Below are positions 18,818-28,021 of a stretch of DNA of 64,000 nucleotides, piece by piece (the stretch's first letter is position 1; every line of letters starts with the position of its first letter). Made by a program: the position numbers and the translations under genes. Source of the stretch: Chloroflexota bacterium (lineage in GTDB: Bacteria; Chloroflexota; Dehalococcoidia; DSTF01; RBG-16-68-14); contig QIFC01000115.1 of the NCBI GenBank assembly GCA_003228685.1, positions 6,028-70,027 on the forward strand, given 5' to 3'. A model generated the notes under the pieces. It had not been told where the DNA came from. It did no database searches and saw nothing but the letters and a program-made list of their open reading frames with translations.

Positions 18818-19873
18818 CTACTTGCTCTCCAGCCGGGCGACGGCCTGCTCGGCCAGGGTGAGCGCATACTCAACGCTCTTCCGCAGGCCCTCCGTATCGA
18901 TGCCCTCAGTGCTCTTCTGGCCTTCCATGTACCTCGCATACACGCCATGCGTAATCGCCGCGGTCTTCCAGCGATTGAACCCGGCGTAGTAGTCCAGCAT
19001 CGAAAGGTCCCGGCCCGTCCGCTCCGCGTACCACTGCGCCATCTCGCTGCTTCGCGGGAACCCCGGAGCGGACGTCGCCATTACGCCTCGCGGAGAGACC
19101 GAGCCGCTGCCATCGGGCCATTGGTTGAGCGCGTACGCGAGGTCGGCGAGCGGATCGCCGAGCGTCGAGATCTCCCAATCGAGGACGGCCGCAATACCGC
19201 CCTCAGGCGTGGTCAGGATGTTGTGGACGCTGTAGTCACCGTGAACGACTTTCGCCGGACCCTGGCCGGGCATGTTGGCGAGAAAGTACTCCTGCAGCGT
19301 GTGGGCCCGAGGGTCGTCGAACTGAGCGCCCTCGATCGAGGCGTTCCAGGACCGGTACCAGGTCTTGATCTGGCGTCCGACGTAGTTCTCCTTCTTACCC
19401 AAGTCGCCGAGGCCGACCTCGTCTGGATCCAGCGCGTGCAGTTCGGCCAACACTTCGATGAACCTGCGCGCGAATTTCATGCGGCCTGCTTCGGGCAGCC
19501 ATCGCTCGGTGTCATGCACACCATAGAGGGGGTTGCCTTCGACGAACTCCATGACATAGAAGTGGGCGCCCGTCACGTCCACATCCTCGCAGAAGCCCAG
19601 CGCTTCCGGAACAGGCACGGCCGTCGGTCCTAGCGCCGAGATGAGCGCCCATTCGCGGGCCATGTCATGCGCCTTAGGCAGCAGCTTCCCGAGCGGGGGA
19701 CGGCGGATGACGGCGATGTTACCGCGCCCGTCTTCCAGCCTGTATGTCAGGTTGGAATGCCCGCCCTCGATCCAGGTCCACGTCAGCGGCGGCCGCAGCG
19801 CGGCCACGTTGCGCGCGATCCAGGCTTCAACGCGCTGCGTGTCGTACCCCGGCAGGCTGTCTGCCGTCGTCAT
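18818..19873 (-). CDS. phosphotransferase (APH/ChoK-like kinase) family, LvaA / ACAD10-11 kinase-domain-like
   Basis: Motifs GGHSNLTY, VIRRPP, VVHGDYSVHNIL (HGD catalytic loop) and AVLDWE. Confidence 0.8.
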   Translation of the reverse strand: MTTADSLPGYDTQRVEAWIARNVAALRPPLTWTWIEGGHSNLTYRLEDGRGNIAVIRRPPLGKLLPKAHDMAREWALISALGPTAVPVPEALGFCEDVDVTGAHFYVMEFVEGNPLYGVHDTERWLPEAGRMKFARRFIEVLAELHALDPDEVGLGDLGKKENYVGRQIKTWYRSWNASIEGAQFDDPRAHTLQEYFLANMPGQGPAKVVHGDYSVHNILTTPEGGIAAVLDWEISTLGDPLADLAYALNQWPDGSGSVSPRGVMATSAPGFPRSSEMAQWYAERTGRDLSMLDYYAGFNRWKTAAITHGVYARYMEGQKSTEGIDTEGLRKSVEYALTLAEQAVARLESK

Positions 19874-21576
19874 ACAGATGCCGTTTCAGTTTCCAACGCC
19901 AGTGCGGCGATCGCTTCATCGCGGAGCTGACGTTTGAAGATCTTTCCAGAGGCCGTTCGCGGCAACGGCGCGGAGGACAGCCGGACATAGCGCGGCACAG
20001 CAAAGCGAGCCAGATGCTCGCGCAGGCTTTCGCGCAGCTCGTCCGCCTCCAGTGTCTCGCTGCCATAGACCGTAGCGCCGACCTCCTCGCCGAGGCGGTC
20101 GTCCGGCACCGCGTACACGGCAGCCTCGCGCACGTCGGGGTGCAGGAGCAGCGCGGCCTCCACCTGTCCGCAACCGATGTTCTCGCCGCCGCGAATAATC
20201 AGGTCCTTGATCCGGTCGACGATGAAGAGATACCCCTCGTTGTCCAGGTACGCGACATCTCCGGTGCGGAACCAGCCATCGTCGAACAACTCGGCGTTGA
20301 TCTCCGGCCGATTCCAGTATCCGCGGAACATTGACGTGCCGCGTACCAACAGCTCGCCCCGTTCGCCGGCGGGCAGCTCACCTCCGCTGTCGTCGACCAC
20401 CTTGAGTGCGAGCACGGCCGAAACGCGGCCTGAGCTGCCCGGCCGCGTCAGGTAGTCCTGGCCACCAATGCCGGTGCCGATGGCATTGGTTTCCGTCATG
20501 CCCCAGCCGGTGTTGGGCATCGCTTTCTGGAAGGACGCATCGATCTCCTTCACCTGTTCCGGCTCGCGGGGCGCACCCCCGCCGCCCACCGTTAGCAGCG
20601 TGCTGAGATCGCGTTTGGTGCGCTTCGCTTCCCGAATCAGGTCTCCTGTCATGGCGGCCGGCGCGATGAAGGACGTGATCTGTTCTCGCTCGACCAACTC
20701 CGCAGCCTGTTCTGGGTCCCACTTGTACATCGAGACGATCTTGCGCCGCGCTCGATATGACGACAGATAGACCGCGTGGGAGCCCGTGGCGTGGAAGAGC
20801 GGAACACCCAGCAGCGTGGCCGGCTGTTCGCGTGGCGCTACCGGCGTCACGCCCGCCATCAGCATGCCGGCGCGGGCGTCCAGCTCCCAAGAGAGCAGCG
20901 CGGTCAGGACGTTGCGATGTGTCGACACCACGCCCTTTGGCTGGCCCGTGGACCCGGACGTATAGACAATCGTGGCGTCATCCTCAGGTGCGACGTCCGC
21001 TGGCGGCATTTCGACATCGCCAACATCTTCCAGAATCTGAGTAAGCTCAGGCGCGCCATCATTGGCCCGCGCCGGCCGGACGGCGACAGCGCGGACACTG
21101 AGACTCTTCGAGCACTGCGAGAGCCTATCCAGCCGCTCTTGATCGGCGAACAGCACCTTGGCGCCGGAGTCATCGAGCCCGTATTCCATCTCCTCGGGCG
21201 GCCACATGGAGTTCATCGCCACCGCGATGGCGCCGATCGAAGTGGCGGCCATGAACGCGAGGATCCATTCCGGGTAGTTGCGCATGGAGATGGCGACACG
21301 GTCGCCCTTCGCCACGCCATACTCATGCACTAGGAGGTGGGCGACCCGGGCGGCGTCGCGATAGGCGTCGGCGAAGGTCAGGCGCTCGTCGTCGTAGACG
21401 ATGAACGGCTTGTCGCTCTTGGTATCTGCGTAGAGCGCGCGAAGCGACGACGGCGCGTTCTTGAACACACGCAGCGGCACGCCGTTGATCTCGAGTTCCT
21501 GTAGCTCGTAGCGCTCACCCGATTTAGCGAGCGCGGCGATGGCTTCGCTGCGCGTCATGGTCTGCGCTTCGGCCAT
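19870..21576 (-). CDS. acyl-CoA synthetase (AMP-forming, ANL superfamily)
   Basis: AMP-binding motif TIVYTSGSTGQPKGV, plus GWGMTE, TGD..YLD.EGYLFIVDR.KD and SGKI.K. Confidence 0.9.
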   Translation of the reverse strand: MAEAQTMTRSEAIAALAKSGERYELQELEINGVPLRVFKNAPSSLRALYADTKSDKPFIVYDDERLTFADAYRDAARVAHLLVHEYGVAKGDRVAISMRNYPEWILAFMAATSIGAIAVAMNSMWPPEEMEYGLDDSGAKVLFADQERLDRLSQCSKSLSVRAVAVRPARANDGAPELTQILEDVGDVEMPPADVAPEDDATIVYTSGSTGQPKGVVSTHRNVLTALLSWELDARAGMLMAGVTPVAPREQPATLLGVPLFHATGSHAVYLSSYRARRKIVSMYKWDPEQAAELVEREQITSFIAPAAMTGDLIREAKRTKRDLSTLLTVGGGGAPREPEQVKEIDASFQKAMPNTGWGMTETNAIGTGIGGQDYLTRPGSSGRVSAVLALKVVDDSGGELPAGERGELLVRGTSMFRGYWNRPEINAELFDDGWFRTGDVAYLDNEGYLFIVDRIKDLIIRGGENIGCGQVEAALLLHPDVREAAVYAVPDDRLGEEVGATVYGSETLEADELRESLREHLARFAVPRYVRLSSAPLPRTASGKIFKRQLRDEAIAALALETETASV

Positions 21577-21581
21577 TCAGC

Positions 21582-22361
21582 CTAGCTCCACATATGCGAC
21601 CCACCGCAGACGGTGAGCGCCTGTCCGGTGATATATGAGCTTGCATCGGAGGCCAGGAAGACGGCGAGCCCTTTGAGGTCCTCGGCTTCTCCCAGGCGTC
21701 GCATCGGTATCTGCTGGTTGGCGTGCTGCTCTGCCTGCGGGTTGTCCCAGAGCGCCTGCGCGAAGGCGGTCTTGATCAGGCCCGGGCAGATGGCGTTGAC
21801 GCGCACACCGCGTGGCCCCAATTCGCCGGCCAGATTCCTCACGAGCGCAATCACGGCCAGCTTGGAGATGTTGTACGTGCCGAGCACGGGCGATGGTGAA
21901 AAGGCTCCTGTGCTGGAGGTGATCATGATCGACCCGCTGCCGCGTTCGATCATGTCCGGCGCAACCATCTGTACCAGCCAGTGATTGGCCTTGACGTTCG
22001 TGGACATGATCTTGTCATAGGCTTCATCGGGTATTTCGGACATGGGTCCGAAGAAGGGATTCACGCCGGCATTACCCACCAGAATGTCGATGGCGCCCAA
22101 TTTGTCATGCGTCGCGTCCACCAGGGCCTGCAACTGCTCCTTGTAGCCAGCGTTGCAGGAGTGGCCGAACACGCGCTCCTGGCCACACTTGGCGTTGATC
22201 TCGGCGGCTGCCGCCTCGCATTGATCTAGTTTGCGGCTCGACAGCATCACCCGCGCGCCGTGTTCGGCCAAGGCTTCGGCCATGGCCTTCCCCATGCCTT
22301 TGGAGGCGCCGGTGAGCAGCGCCACTTTGCCGGTCAGATCGAATAACTCGGTCGAAACCAT
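21582..22361 (-). CDS. SDR-family oxidoreductase (3-oxoacyl reductase-like)
   Basis: Motifs KVALLTGASKGMGKA, GNAG, YNISK and AICPG. Confidence 0.85.
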   Translation of the reverse strand: MVSTELFDLTGKVALLTGASKGMGKAMAEALAEHGARVMLSSRKLDQCEAAAAEINAKCGQERVFGHSCNAGYKEQLQALVDATHDKLGAIDILVGNAGVNPFFGPMSEIPDEAYDKIMSTNVKANHWLVQMVAPDMIERGSGSIMITSSTGAFSPSPVLGTYNISKLAVIALVRNLAGELGPRGVRVNAICPGLIKTAFAQALWDNPQAEQHANQQIPMRRLGEAEDLKGLAVFLASDASSYITGQALTVCGGSHMWS

Positions 22362-22384
22362 GATGACTCCTCGTTGAGGGAGGC

Positions 22385-23638
22385 TTACGCCTCCATGTAT
22401 TTGCGCATCTCATGGCGGCCCACGACCAGGTGGTGGACCTCATCCGGCCCGTCGGCGAGTCTGAGCGTGCGCTGGCTGGTATACATGTCGGCGAGCGGCG
22501 TCCATTGCGATACGCCGGTGGCGCCGTGCATCTGGATGGCCTGATCGATAATCTGGCACACGCGCTCGGGAACCATGGCCTTCACCATGTGCACCCAGAT
22601 GCGCGCCTCGCGGTTGCCCAGCACGTCCATCGCCTTCGCGGCCTTGAGCACCATCAGCCGCATGGCCTCGATGTCGATGCGGGCGCGAGACACCAGCTCG
22701 ATGTTCTTGCCGAGCTGAATGATCGGCTTGCCAAACGCTTCCCGGGACGTGGCCCGCTTCATCAGAAGGTCGAGCGCTCGCTCGGCCTGGCCAATAGAGC
22801 GCATGCAGTGGTGAATGCGCCCTGGGCCGAGCCGGATCTGCGAGATTTCAAAGCCACGCCCTTCGCCAAGGAGCATGTTCGTCCTCGGCACTCGCACGTT
22901 GTCCAGTTTGATGTGCATGTGGCCGTGGGGCGCGTCATCCTTGCCGAACACGTGCATGGGTCCGACGATGTTGACGCCGGGAGTGTCCATGGGCACGAGG
23001 ATCTGAGACTGCTGCTTATCGGGCGCCGCGTCTGGGCTCGTCTTGACCATGCAGATCATGACCTTGCAGCGTGGGTCGCCCGCGCCGGAGATGTAGTACT
23101 TCTCGCCGTTGATGACATACTCGTCGCCATCGAGCACGGCTCGGGTGTTGATGTTTTTCGCGTCAGACGAAGCAAAGGCGGGCTCGGTCATGCCGAAGCA
23201 GGAGCGGATCTCTCCGTTGAGGAGCGGCTTGAGCCACTGCTCCTTCTGCTCCGGCGTCCCGACGCGCTCCAGCACCTCCATGTTGCCGGTGTCGGGCGCG
23301 GAGCAATTGAGGGACTCGGAGGCCAGCGGGGTCTTGCCGAGTTCGGCCGCAATGTAGGCGTAGTCCAGGTTCTTGAGTCCCTCGCCGGTTTCCGCGTCCG
23401 GCAGAAAGAAGTTCCACAGTCCCGAAGCCCTAGCCTTGTCCTTGGCTCCTTCGAGCAGCTCCAGTTGACCCGGCGCCCAACTCCAACGGTCCTCGCGGCC
23501 TTCACCCAGCTCGTAGAACTCCTCAACGATCGGCGCCACGTTCTCGGAGATGTGCTTCTTCACCGCGTCGAGCAGCGGCCGGGCCTCTTCAGACATCTCC
23601 AGGTTATTGAGGTCAGCCGCTACATCAGTCTCGCTCAT
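22385..23638 (-). CDS. acyl-CoA dehydrogenase, FadE2 / ACAD10-11 C-terminal type
   Basis: GLWNFFLP, CFGMTEP..ASSDA, YYISGAG, RLGPGRIHHCMR and QMHGA.G. The ATG at 23638 lies 4 nt after AAGGAGGAA. Confidence 0.85.
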   Translation of the reverse strand: MSETDVAADLNNLEMSEEARPLLDAVKKHISENVAPIVEEFYELGEGREDRWSWAPGQLELLEGAKDKARASGLWNFFLPDAETGEGLKNLDYAYIAAELGKTPLASESLNCSAPDTGNMEVLERVGTPEQKEQWLKPLLNGEIRSCFGMTEPAFASSDAKNINTRAVLDGDEYVINGEKYYISGAGDPRCKVMICMVKTSPDAAPDKQQSQILVPMDTPGVNIVGPMHVFGKDDAPHGHMHIKLDNVRVPRTNMLLGEGRGFEISQIRLGPGRIHHCMRSIGQAERALDLLMKRATSREAFGKPIIQLGKNIELVSRARIDIEAMRLMVLKAAKAMDVLGNREARIWVHMVKAMVPERVCQIIDQAIQMHGATGVSQWTPLADMYTSQRTLRLADGPDEVHHLVVGRHEMRKYMEA

Positions 23639-23790
23639 TGATTCCTCCTTGTTCATTCTGAATGTGCTTCAGTTTTGGCGTGGGCTTATTATAGACGGTG
23701 GCTCTGCCCTTGTGGCAGCGATGCCACTGTAGCAGTTGCCGAGCAACGTTATGAAGAGTCCCTCTCAGTGATGTGCTACAACGAGGAGTC

Positions 23791-24413
23791 ATGAGTTCTC
23801 CCCTTCGCACAGTCCAGGGCTTCGTCCGGCTTTTGGGCGGCAAGCATAACGACGTATTCTCCGCCGCGGCCCGCCCCCACGACCCGCGCGACTACGCGCG
23901 GCCCGAACTCGACGGCTCGGGCCCCGTGGCCACCGACTTCCCCCTTGGGAAGACGGCACCCGGCGCATCGCTCGACGTATGGCCCGACAGGGTTCTGGAA
24001 GGATGTACCGAGCCGCTTGCCGCGGGTGCCCCCGACCTGCGCGGCGTATGGGAGGTCTACGCAGGGCGCATGAAGGGACACGTCGAGCGCATCGAGCAGC
24101 CGGCAACCGGATCTGCATCACGGCGGGCGGCCTCGTTCACGACATGTACTGCGATGGAACGCTGGAGAACGGCGTGGACGACATCGCGGGATTCGAGGGC
24201 GGCCGGATTCGCGTCGCCGCGACGTTCGAGAACGGCGTCCACAAGCTGCGCCCCTGGGCAACGCGGATCGTCATGGTTACCAGGAGCCTAGACGGCGACG
24301 AGATGCGGTGGCGCTACGGACCCTTCCGCAACAAGCTGCGCCGCCTCACCGAGCCACCCCTGGACCACGCAGCAACCGCTGCGGCTGCAGAGCCTATTGC
24401 AACCAGGGCGTGA
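23791..24413 (+). pseudogene. hypothetical protein, apparent 1-nt frameshift near 24097-24102
   Basis: Frame 1 (from ATG 23791 after GAGGAG) reads plausibly up to ..RGVWEVYAGRMKGHVERIEQ and then turns Arg/Ser-rich. Frame 3 picks up with ..GNRICITAGGLVHDMYCDGTLENGVDDIAGFEGGRIRVAATFENG.. and runs to 24413. Confidence 0.6.
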
Positions 24414-24485
24414 ACGAACGCCCTAACGAGCGGGACCTCTTGAGGCCTAAAGCCCGCGTCAGCCACCCCGTCGCCGGGTACCAGC

Positions 24486-25631
24486 TTACTTGACCGAGAA
24501 TACGATCGCCGGTTCTCTATCGGCGTAATCGTTCTCGAGATACTGGTCGTAGCCCTCTTCATCCAGGAGGTGGCGCTTGAAGAACGAGACGACGTAAAGG
24601 TTCTGTAATCGAGTCGCCTCCGCGATCGGGAACGAATCAGGGCTGCAGGTCACCTCGTAGGGTTCGAGCAGAGCCTCTGCCCCGATCTCCGGCCAGACTT
24701 CACGGCCCAACCCGAGTTCGATCAGCAGATTGCCGATGGCGCAGATGTTCGCAAAGTGGGTATGCGTCGCTCCGACGACGTCCACCTTGTAGACCCTGGG
24801 TGCATTCGTGATCTGTTCGAACGCGATCTCATTGTTGGCGATCGGCACGGTCGTATCCTCGGTGCCGCCCACCAGCATGACCGGAACGCCGATGCTCGCT
24901 AGTTGCTGTGGGTCGAAGCCGGCGTTCGGTCCGCTTCGAATATCACTTTGCAGCTCGGGATCGATCACAGCAGAGATCGGCGCGATGGCCGCGACTCTCG
25001 GATCGGGGGCGGCCCCCGCCCAGCCCGCCGCCATCCCGATCGCCGTCATCCCGCCAAACGAGTGGCCGACGACGCCGACGCGGCTCTCGTCGATCCGATC
25101 GAAGAACTCGTCCTCCGGGTCCTGGTTACGAGCCAGCATCTCGTCGATCACAAAGGAAACATCCGGCACCCGATTGGCAGCGGCCTCGTTGAATTCGTCG
25201 GTCAATGAAGCTTGCGCATTGCCGGTGTGCTCGGGAGACGCGACCACGAACCCGTGGCTGGCCAGGGCTTCCATGAGCTCGACTGACTGCGTGTTGATAC
25301 CGCCGTAGCCGTGCGAAAACACGAGCAAGGGCTGGTCCTGCCTCGCGGATACCGGCAGATCGTCCACGGCGACTTCGGAATCGAGGCCGATGCCTGCTGC
25401 CAGCGGGTAACTCGTGCGCGGCGAGTCCTGCGCGTCCTCCGCATCGACCGGATACCAGACGTCGACCAGCAGCGAGCGATCAGCTCGGCCCTCATCGACC
25501 GGGGTGAAGGACGTGTGCCCCACGCCGAATGAGCCGAGGAGGTCGGGCGGATCGATGGGTTGTGAGGAGTCTTGGTCACTGCAGGCACTGATTCCCACCA
25601 CCAACAAGATCAGCAGCAGAACACTAAACAT
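24486..25631 (-). CDS. secreted alpha/beta hydrolase lipoprotein (PAF-acetylhydrolase / lipase-like)
   Basis: Signal peptide with lipobox MFSVLLLILLVVGISAC, nucleophile elbow VVGHSFGGMTA and LVFSHGYGG. The ATG at 25631 is preferred. Confidence 0.7.
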   Translation of the reverse strand: MFSVLLLILLVVGISACSDQDSSQPIDPPDLLGSFGVGHTSFTPVDEGRADRSLLVDVWYPVDAEDAQDSPRTSYPLAAGIGLDSEVAVDDLPVSARQDQPLLVFSHGYGGINTQSVELMEALASHGFVVASPEHTGNAQASLTDEFNEAAANRVPDVSFVIDEMLARNQDPEDEFFDRIDESRVGVVGHSFGGMTAIGMAAGWAGAAPDPRVAAIAPISAVIDPELQSDIRSGPNAGFDPQQLASIGVPVMLVGGTEDTTVPIANNEIAFEQITNAPRVYKVDVVGATHTHFANICAIGNLLIELGLGREVWPEIGAEALLEPYEVTCSPDSFPIAEATRLQNLYVVSFFKRHLLDEEGYDQYLENDYADREPAIVFSVK

Positions 25632-25749
25632 CGTTGTCACAATTGCGTCTCCCTTTTGAATGGCGGCCGATTCTATCATAGCAGCGTGGCGAGGCGGCAA
25701 CTCAGGCGGTGAGTCGCGACTTCGGGCAGACGCTCATCTCGCGCTCGAA

Positions 25750-26349
25750 CTACGTCATCCTGCCGCTGACTGATTCTCCCGAACGCTGCTGCCAGCCACT
25801 TGCCAGGATGATCAGCGTGGAGGCAGTCACCGAGCCTGCGAGGCCCAGCCCAAGATCGCCGAGCGTGTCCGTGTACGCGGTCGCTAGCTCGGGCGAGTTA
25901 CGAATGAACGTAACGTACTCCATCAGTTCCCAGAGGATGGCCGTCGTCGCCCCAAACCCAATGCCGAGGAGGCCGGCGACGAGCGCAGTCACGTCAGACC
26001 AGCGAAGCAGCAGCACGAATCCGCCCGCGAGCAACGCCCAATTCATGAAGTGGTTGGCGTCGTCCCACCAGCCGATGCTGTCGTAGAGGTCCAACGCGTT
26101 TCCCACGGTATCGATGAGGAATGGCGCCGTGATGAGCAGGTCCGCCACGAACGGGTAACGCCGGTCCCGAGCGAACAGCCACCAGCCGATGGGAACCACC
26201 ATGGTGGCGAGAGGATAGGCGATCGCCCGTCCGGTCATCGCCTTGCCCGCGAACTGAGGAAGGCCGGGGTTCAGCGCCCCGTAAACGAGCAGACCGACGA
26301 GCAGAACCTTAGCGGCAATGTTGGCGATGAGCCCGACGCGGCTGGACAT
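25750..26349 (-). CDS. polytopic membrane protein, unknown function
   Basis: 199 aa with about 6 hydrophobic helices. No motif was recognised. Confidence 0.5.
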   Translation of the reverse strand: MSSRVGLIANIAAKVLLVGLLVYGALNPGLPQFAGKAMTGRAIAYPLATMVVPIGWWLFARDRRYPFVADLLITAPFLIDTVGNALDLYDSIGWWDDANHFMNWALLAGGFVLLLRWSDVTALVAGLLGIGFGATTAILWELMEYVTFIRNSPELATAYTDTLGDLGLGLAGSVTASTLIILASGWQQRSGESVSGRMT

Positions 26350-26426
26350 CGGAGGTGAGTATATCAGGGAGATAGCAGTAGCCGCGAAACCCGCCCGCAG
26401 GCGCTTCCCGAGCAGAGAGTACGATC

Positions 26427-27155
26427 TCAGGGCGCGAGTTGTGTGGCGCCCGGGTCATCCGGGGCGTCCGGCATGCGCGTGGCGCGCACAATCACCCGCT
26501 GATCGTACTCACCGATGCTCGGGTCGAAGCTTCCGCCGCAGGTGATCAGCGTGATCACTTCCTCTAACGTGTCGCCGACGATCTCCTGGATAGGCGCCGT
26601 CTGCGCGTCGACCGTCCGTCGCTCGCTGACGCCGTATTTGTAGATGGTGCCATCTGTGAGGCGCACCTCTATCACGTCGTCGCGTTCCAGGTCCTTGAGG
26701 TTCCAGAACACGGCTGGGCCGTAGTCGAAGTAGTCCACGTGTCCTGAGAAGACCGCGTTGCCGCCTTCCGCGTCCGGCGGGAAGCCTGGGCGGGCGCTGA
26801 AGTCGTACCAGGCGACGTTCAGCGGGCCATCCGGCGTCTCCATCACGCCGTCGTTGTCGACGCCGAGCACAACGATGGCCGCGTCGACGTCGAACTTGGG
26901 AATCGAGAGACTCGCTATGGGCGCTGCGCTGGGAGGTGGGGGTGACGCCGTCGGCGTGGCCACGATTCGCTGCACGAGTGCGCGTGGCGTTGCAACGATA
27001 GGAGAGGCCCGCCCGGGGCCTTCGTACGTATCTTCGTCCACGATTCCCATGATGCTGAGGAGGAAGAGGACGCCTGCCGCGGCGAGCGCCATGATGCCGG
27101 CGCCCATTGCCGAGAGCGAGAGCTTGTTCCAGCCGCTGGAGGTCTTTCTGGCCAT
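26427..27155 (-). CDS. sortase (class E/F-like) paralog 1
   Basis: N-terminal TM anchor, catalytic His in NAVFSGHVDY, TLITCGG (catalytic Cys) and VIVRATR (Arg). Confidence 0.85.
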   Translation of the reverse strand: MARKTSSGWNKLSLSAMGAGIMALAAAGVLFLLSIMGIVDEDTYEGPGRASPIVATPRALVQRIVATPTASPPPPSAAPIASLSIPKFDVDAAIVVLGVDNDGVMETPDGPLNVAWYDFSARPGFPPDAEGGNAVFSGHVDYFDYGPAVFWNLKDLERDDVIEVRLTDGTIYKYGVSERRTVDAQTAPIQEIVGDTLEEVITLITCGGSFDPSIGEYDQRVIVRATRMPDAPDDPGATQLAP

Positions 27156-27198
27156 GACGACACCACACCAGCCGGGTAGACGTTCGCTACCCGCCGCT

Positions 27199-27233
27199 GG
27201 CTATCACTATATCGTGCGCGTTTGGAGTGCTAT
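27199..27233 (-). repeat. 35-nt element abutting the DUF3105 stop codon (copy A)
   Basis: ggctatcaCtatatcgtgcgcgTttggagtgctat differs at 2 of 35 positions from the copy at 27987-28021. On the minus strand it contains TATAGT. Confidence 0.8.
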
Positions 27234-27841
27234 TGCGAAGCCTGATTGCCTTCCGGGGCGCGCCCGCGGTTCTCGCTGACAAATTTCTCGACGCGCTCAA
27301 GGTCGAACTCGTCCAGCAGGTCGATCTGTCCCCAGGATGTGAGGGCGATCCTGGCGTTCATCTCGGAGTAAGGGGCCAGGATCACGCCACGATCGTAGCC
27401 ACTGGTGATGAGCCGGAGGTTCCTGACAAGCTCCAGACATGGCGTTGAGCAGTTGTACTGCACCAGTACCCCACCGTGTTCCAGCCCGTGCACCTGCGAG
27501 GCTTCGGAGAGGCTGCGCTGCTCACCCCAGGAAGGCGCCTGCGCCAGATGCGGTCCCGAGGTCGGCGGTGATGTTGAGTAGCCACCGGCGGGTTGTCCTG
27601 AGTGGTCTCCTGCGCCGTACGTCGATACGCTTTCGCCCGGCCGCGGCTGAAGGTAGACCAACCAGATGACGGCGGCAAGAGCGGCGACGGCGGCCAACCC
27701 GGCCAGACCAAAGCCGATCCTCCGCAGCCGCTGACGGCCGCGGTCGTGTTCGACCTGCCGGTCGCGTTCCGCTCGGCGCTCCAGACGCCGTTGACGCTTG
27801 GCTTCTTTCTTCTCCCGCTGTTCCCGTGTCGGCACTAGCAC
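27230..27841 (-). CDS. DUF3105-domain membrane-anchored protein
   Basis: Lys/Arg-rich N-terminus, one TM helix, then SGPHL....HGLEHGGVLVQYNC......ILAPY....IALTSWG, the pattern I associate with DUF3105. Confidence 0.65.
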   Translation of the reverse strand: MLVPTREQREKKEAKRQRRLERRAERDRQVEHDRGRQRLRRIGFGLAGLAAVAALAAVIWLVYLQPRPGESVSTYGAGDHSGQPAGGYSTSPPTSGPHLAQAPSWGEQRSLSEASQVHGLEHGGVLVQYNCSTPCLELVRNLRLITSGYDRGVILAPYSEMNARIALTSWGQIDLLDEFDLERVEKFVSENRGRAPEGNQASQ

Positions 27842-27986
27842 ACTCCCACATCGGGCCGGTGGCCCTGCTACACGATGGGTCCATCTTGCCCGTCCGTCCA
27901 GGCTACCTACGTAATCACATCATCTACGCCGATAACGTGTTGCGGATCACCAAGGGGTCGATCCCAGCCGCCGTTACCTGGCCACA

Positions 27987-28021
27987 GGCTATCAGTATAT
28001 CGTGCGCGGTTGGAGTGCTAT
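27987..28021 (-). repeat. 35-nt element abutting the sortase-2 stop codon (copy B)
   Basis: ggctatcaGtatatcgtgcgcgGttggagtgctat. On the minus strand it contains TATACT. Confidence 0.8.

Noticed and set aside
17968-18948. N-terminal extensions of several ORF-track entries: crotonase to 18948, rsfS to 13291, lipase to 25700, the 344-aa gene to 34359, the 321-aa gene to 35505, the 299-aa gene to 37531, the 306-aa gene to 59386 and ACAD to 23656.
   Set aside because: Internal ATG or GTG codons preceded by GGAGG-type SD sites, or followed by proper signal peptides, give better gene starts. The extensions are low-complexity or overlap neighbouring genes.
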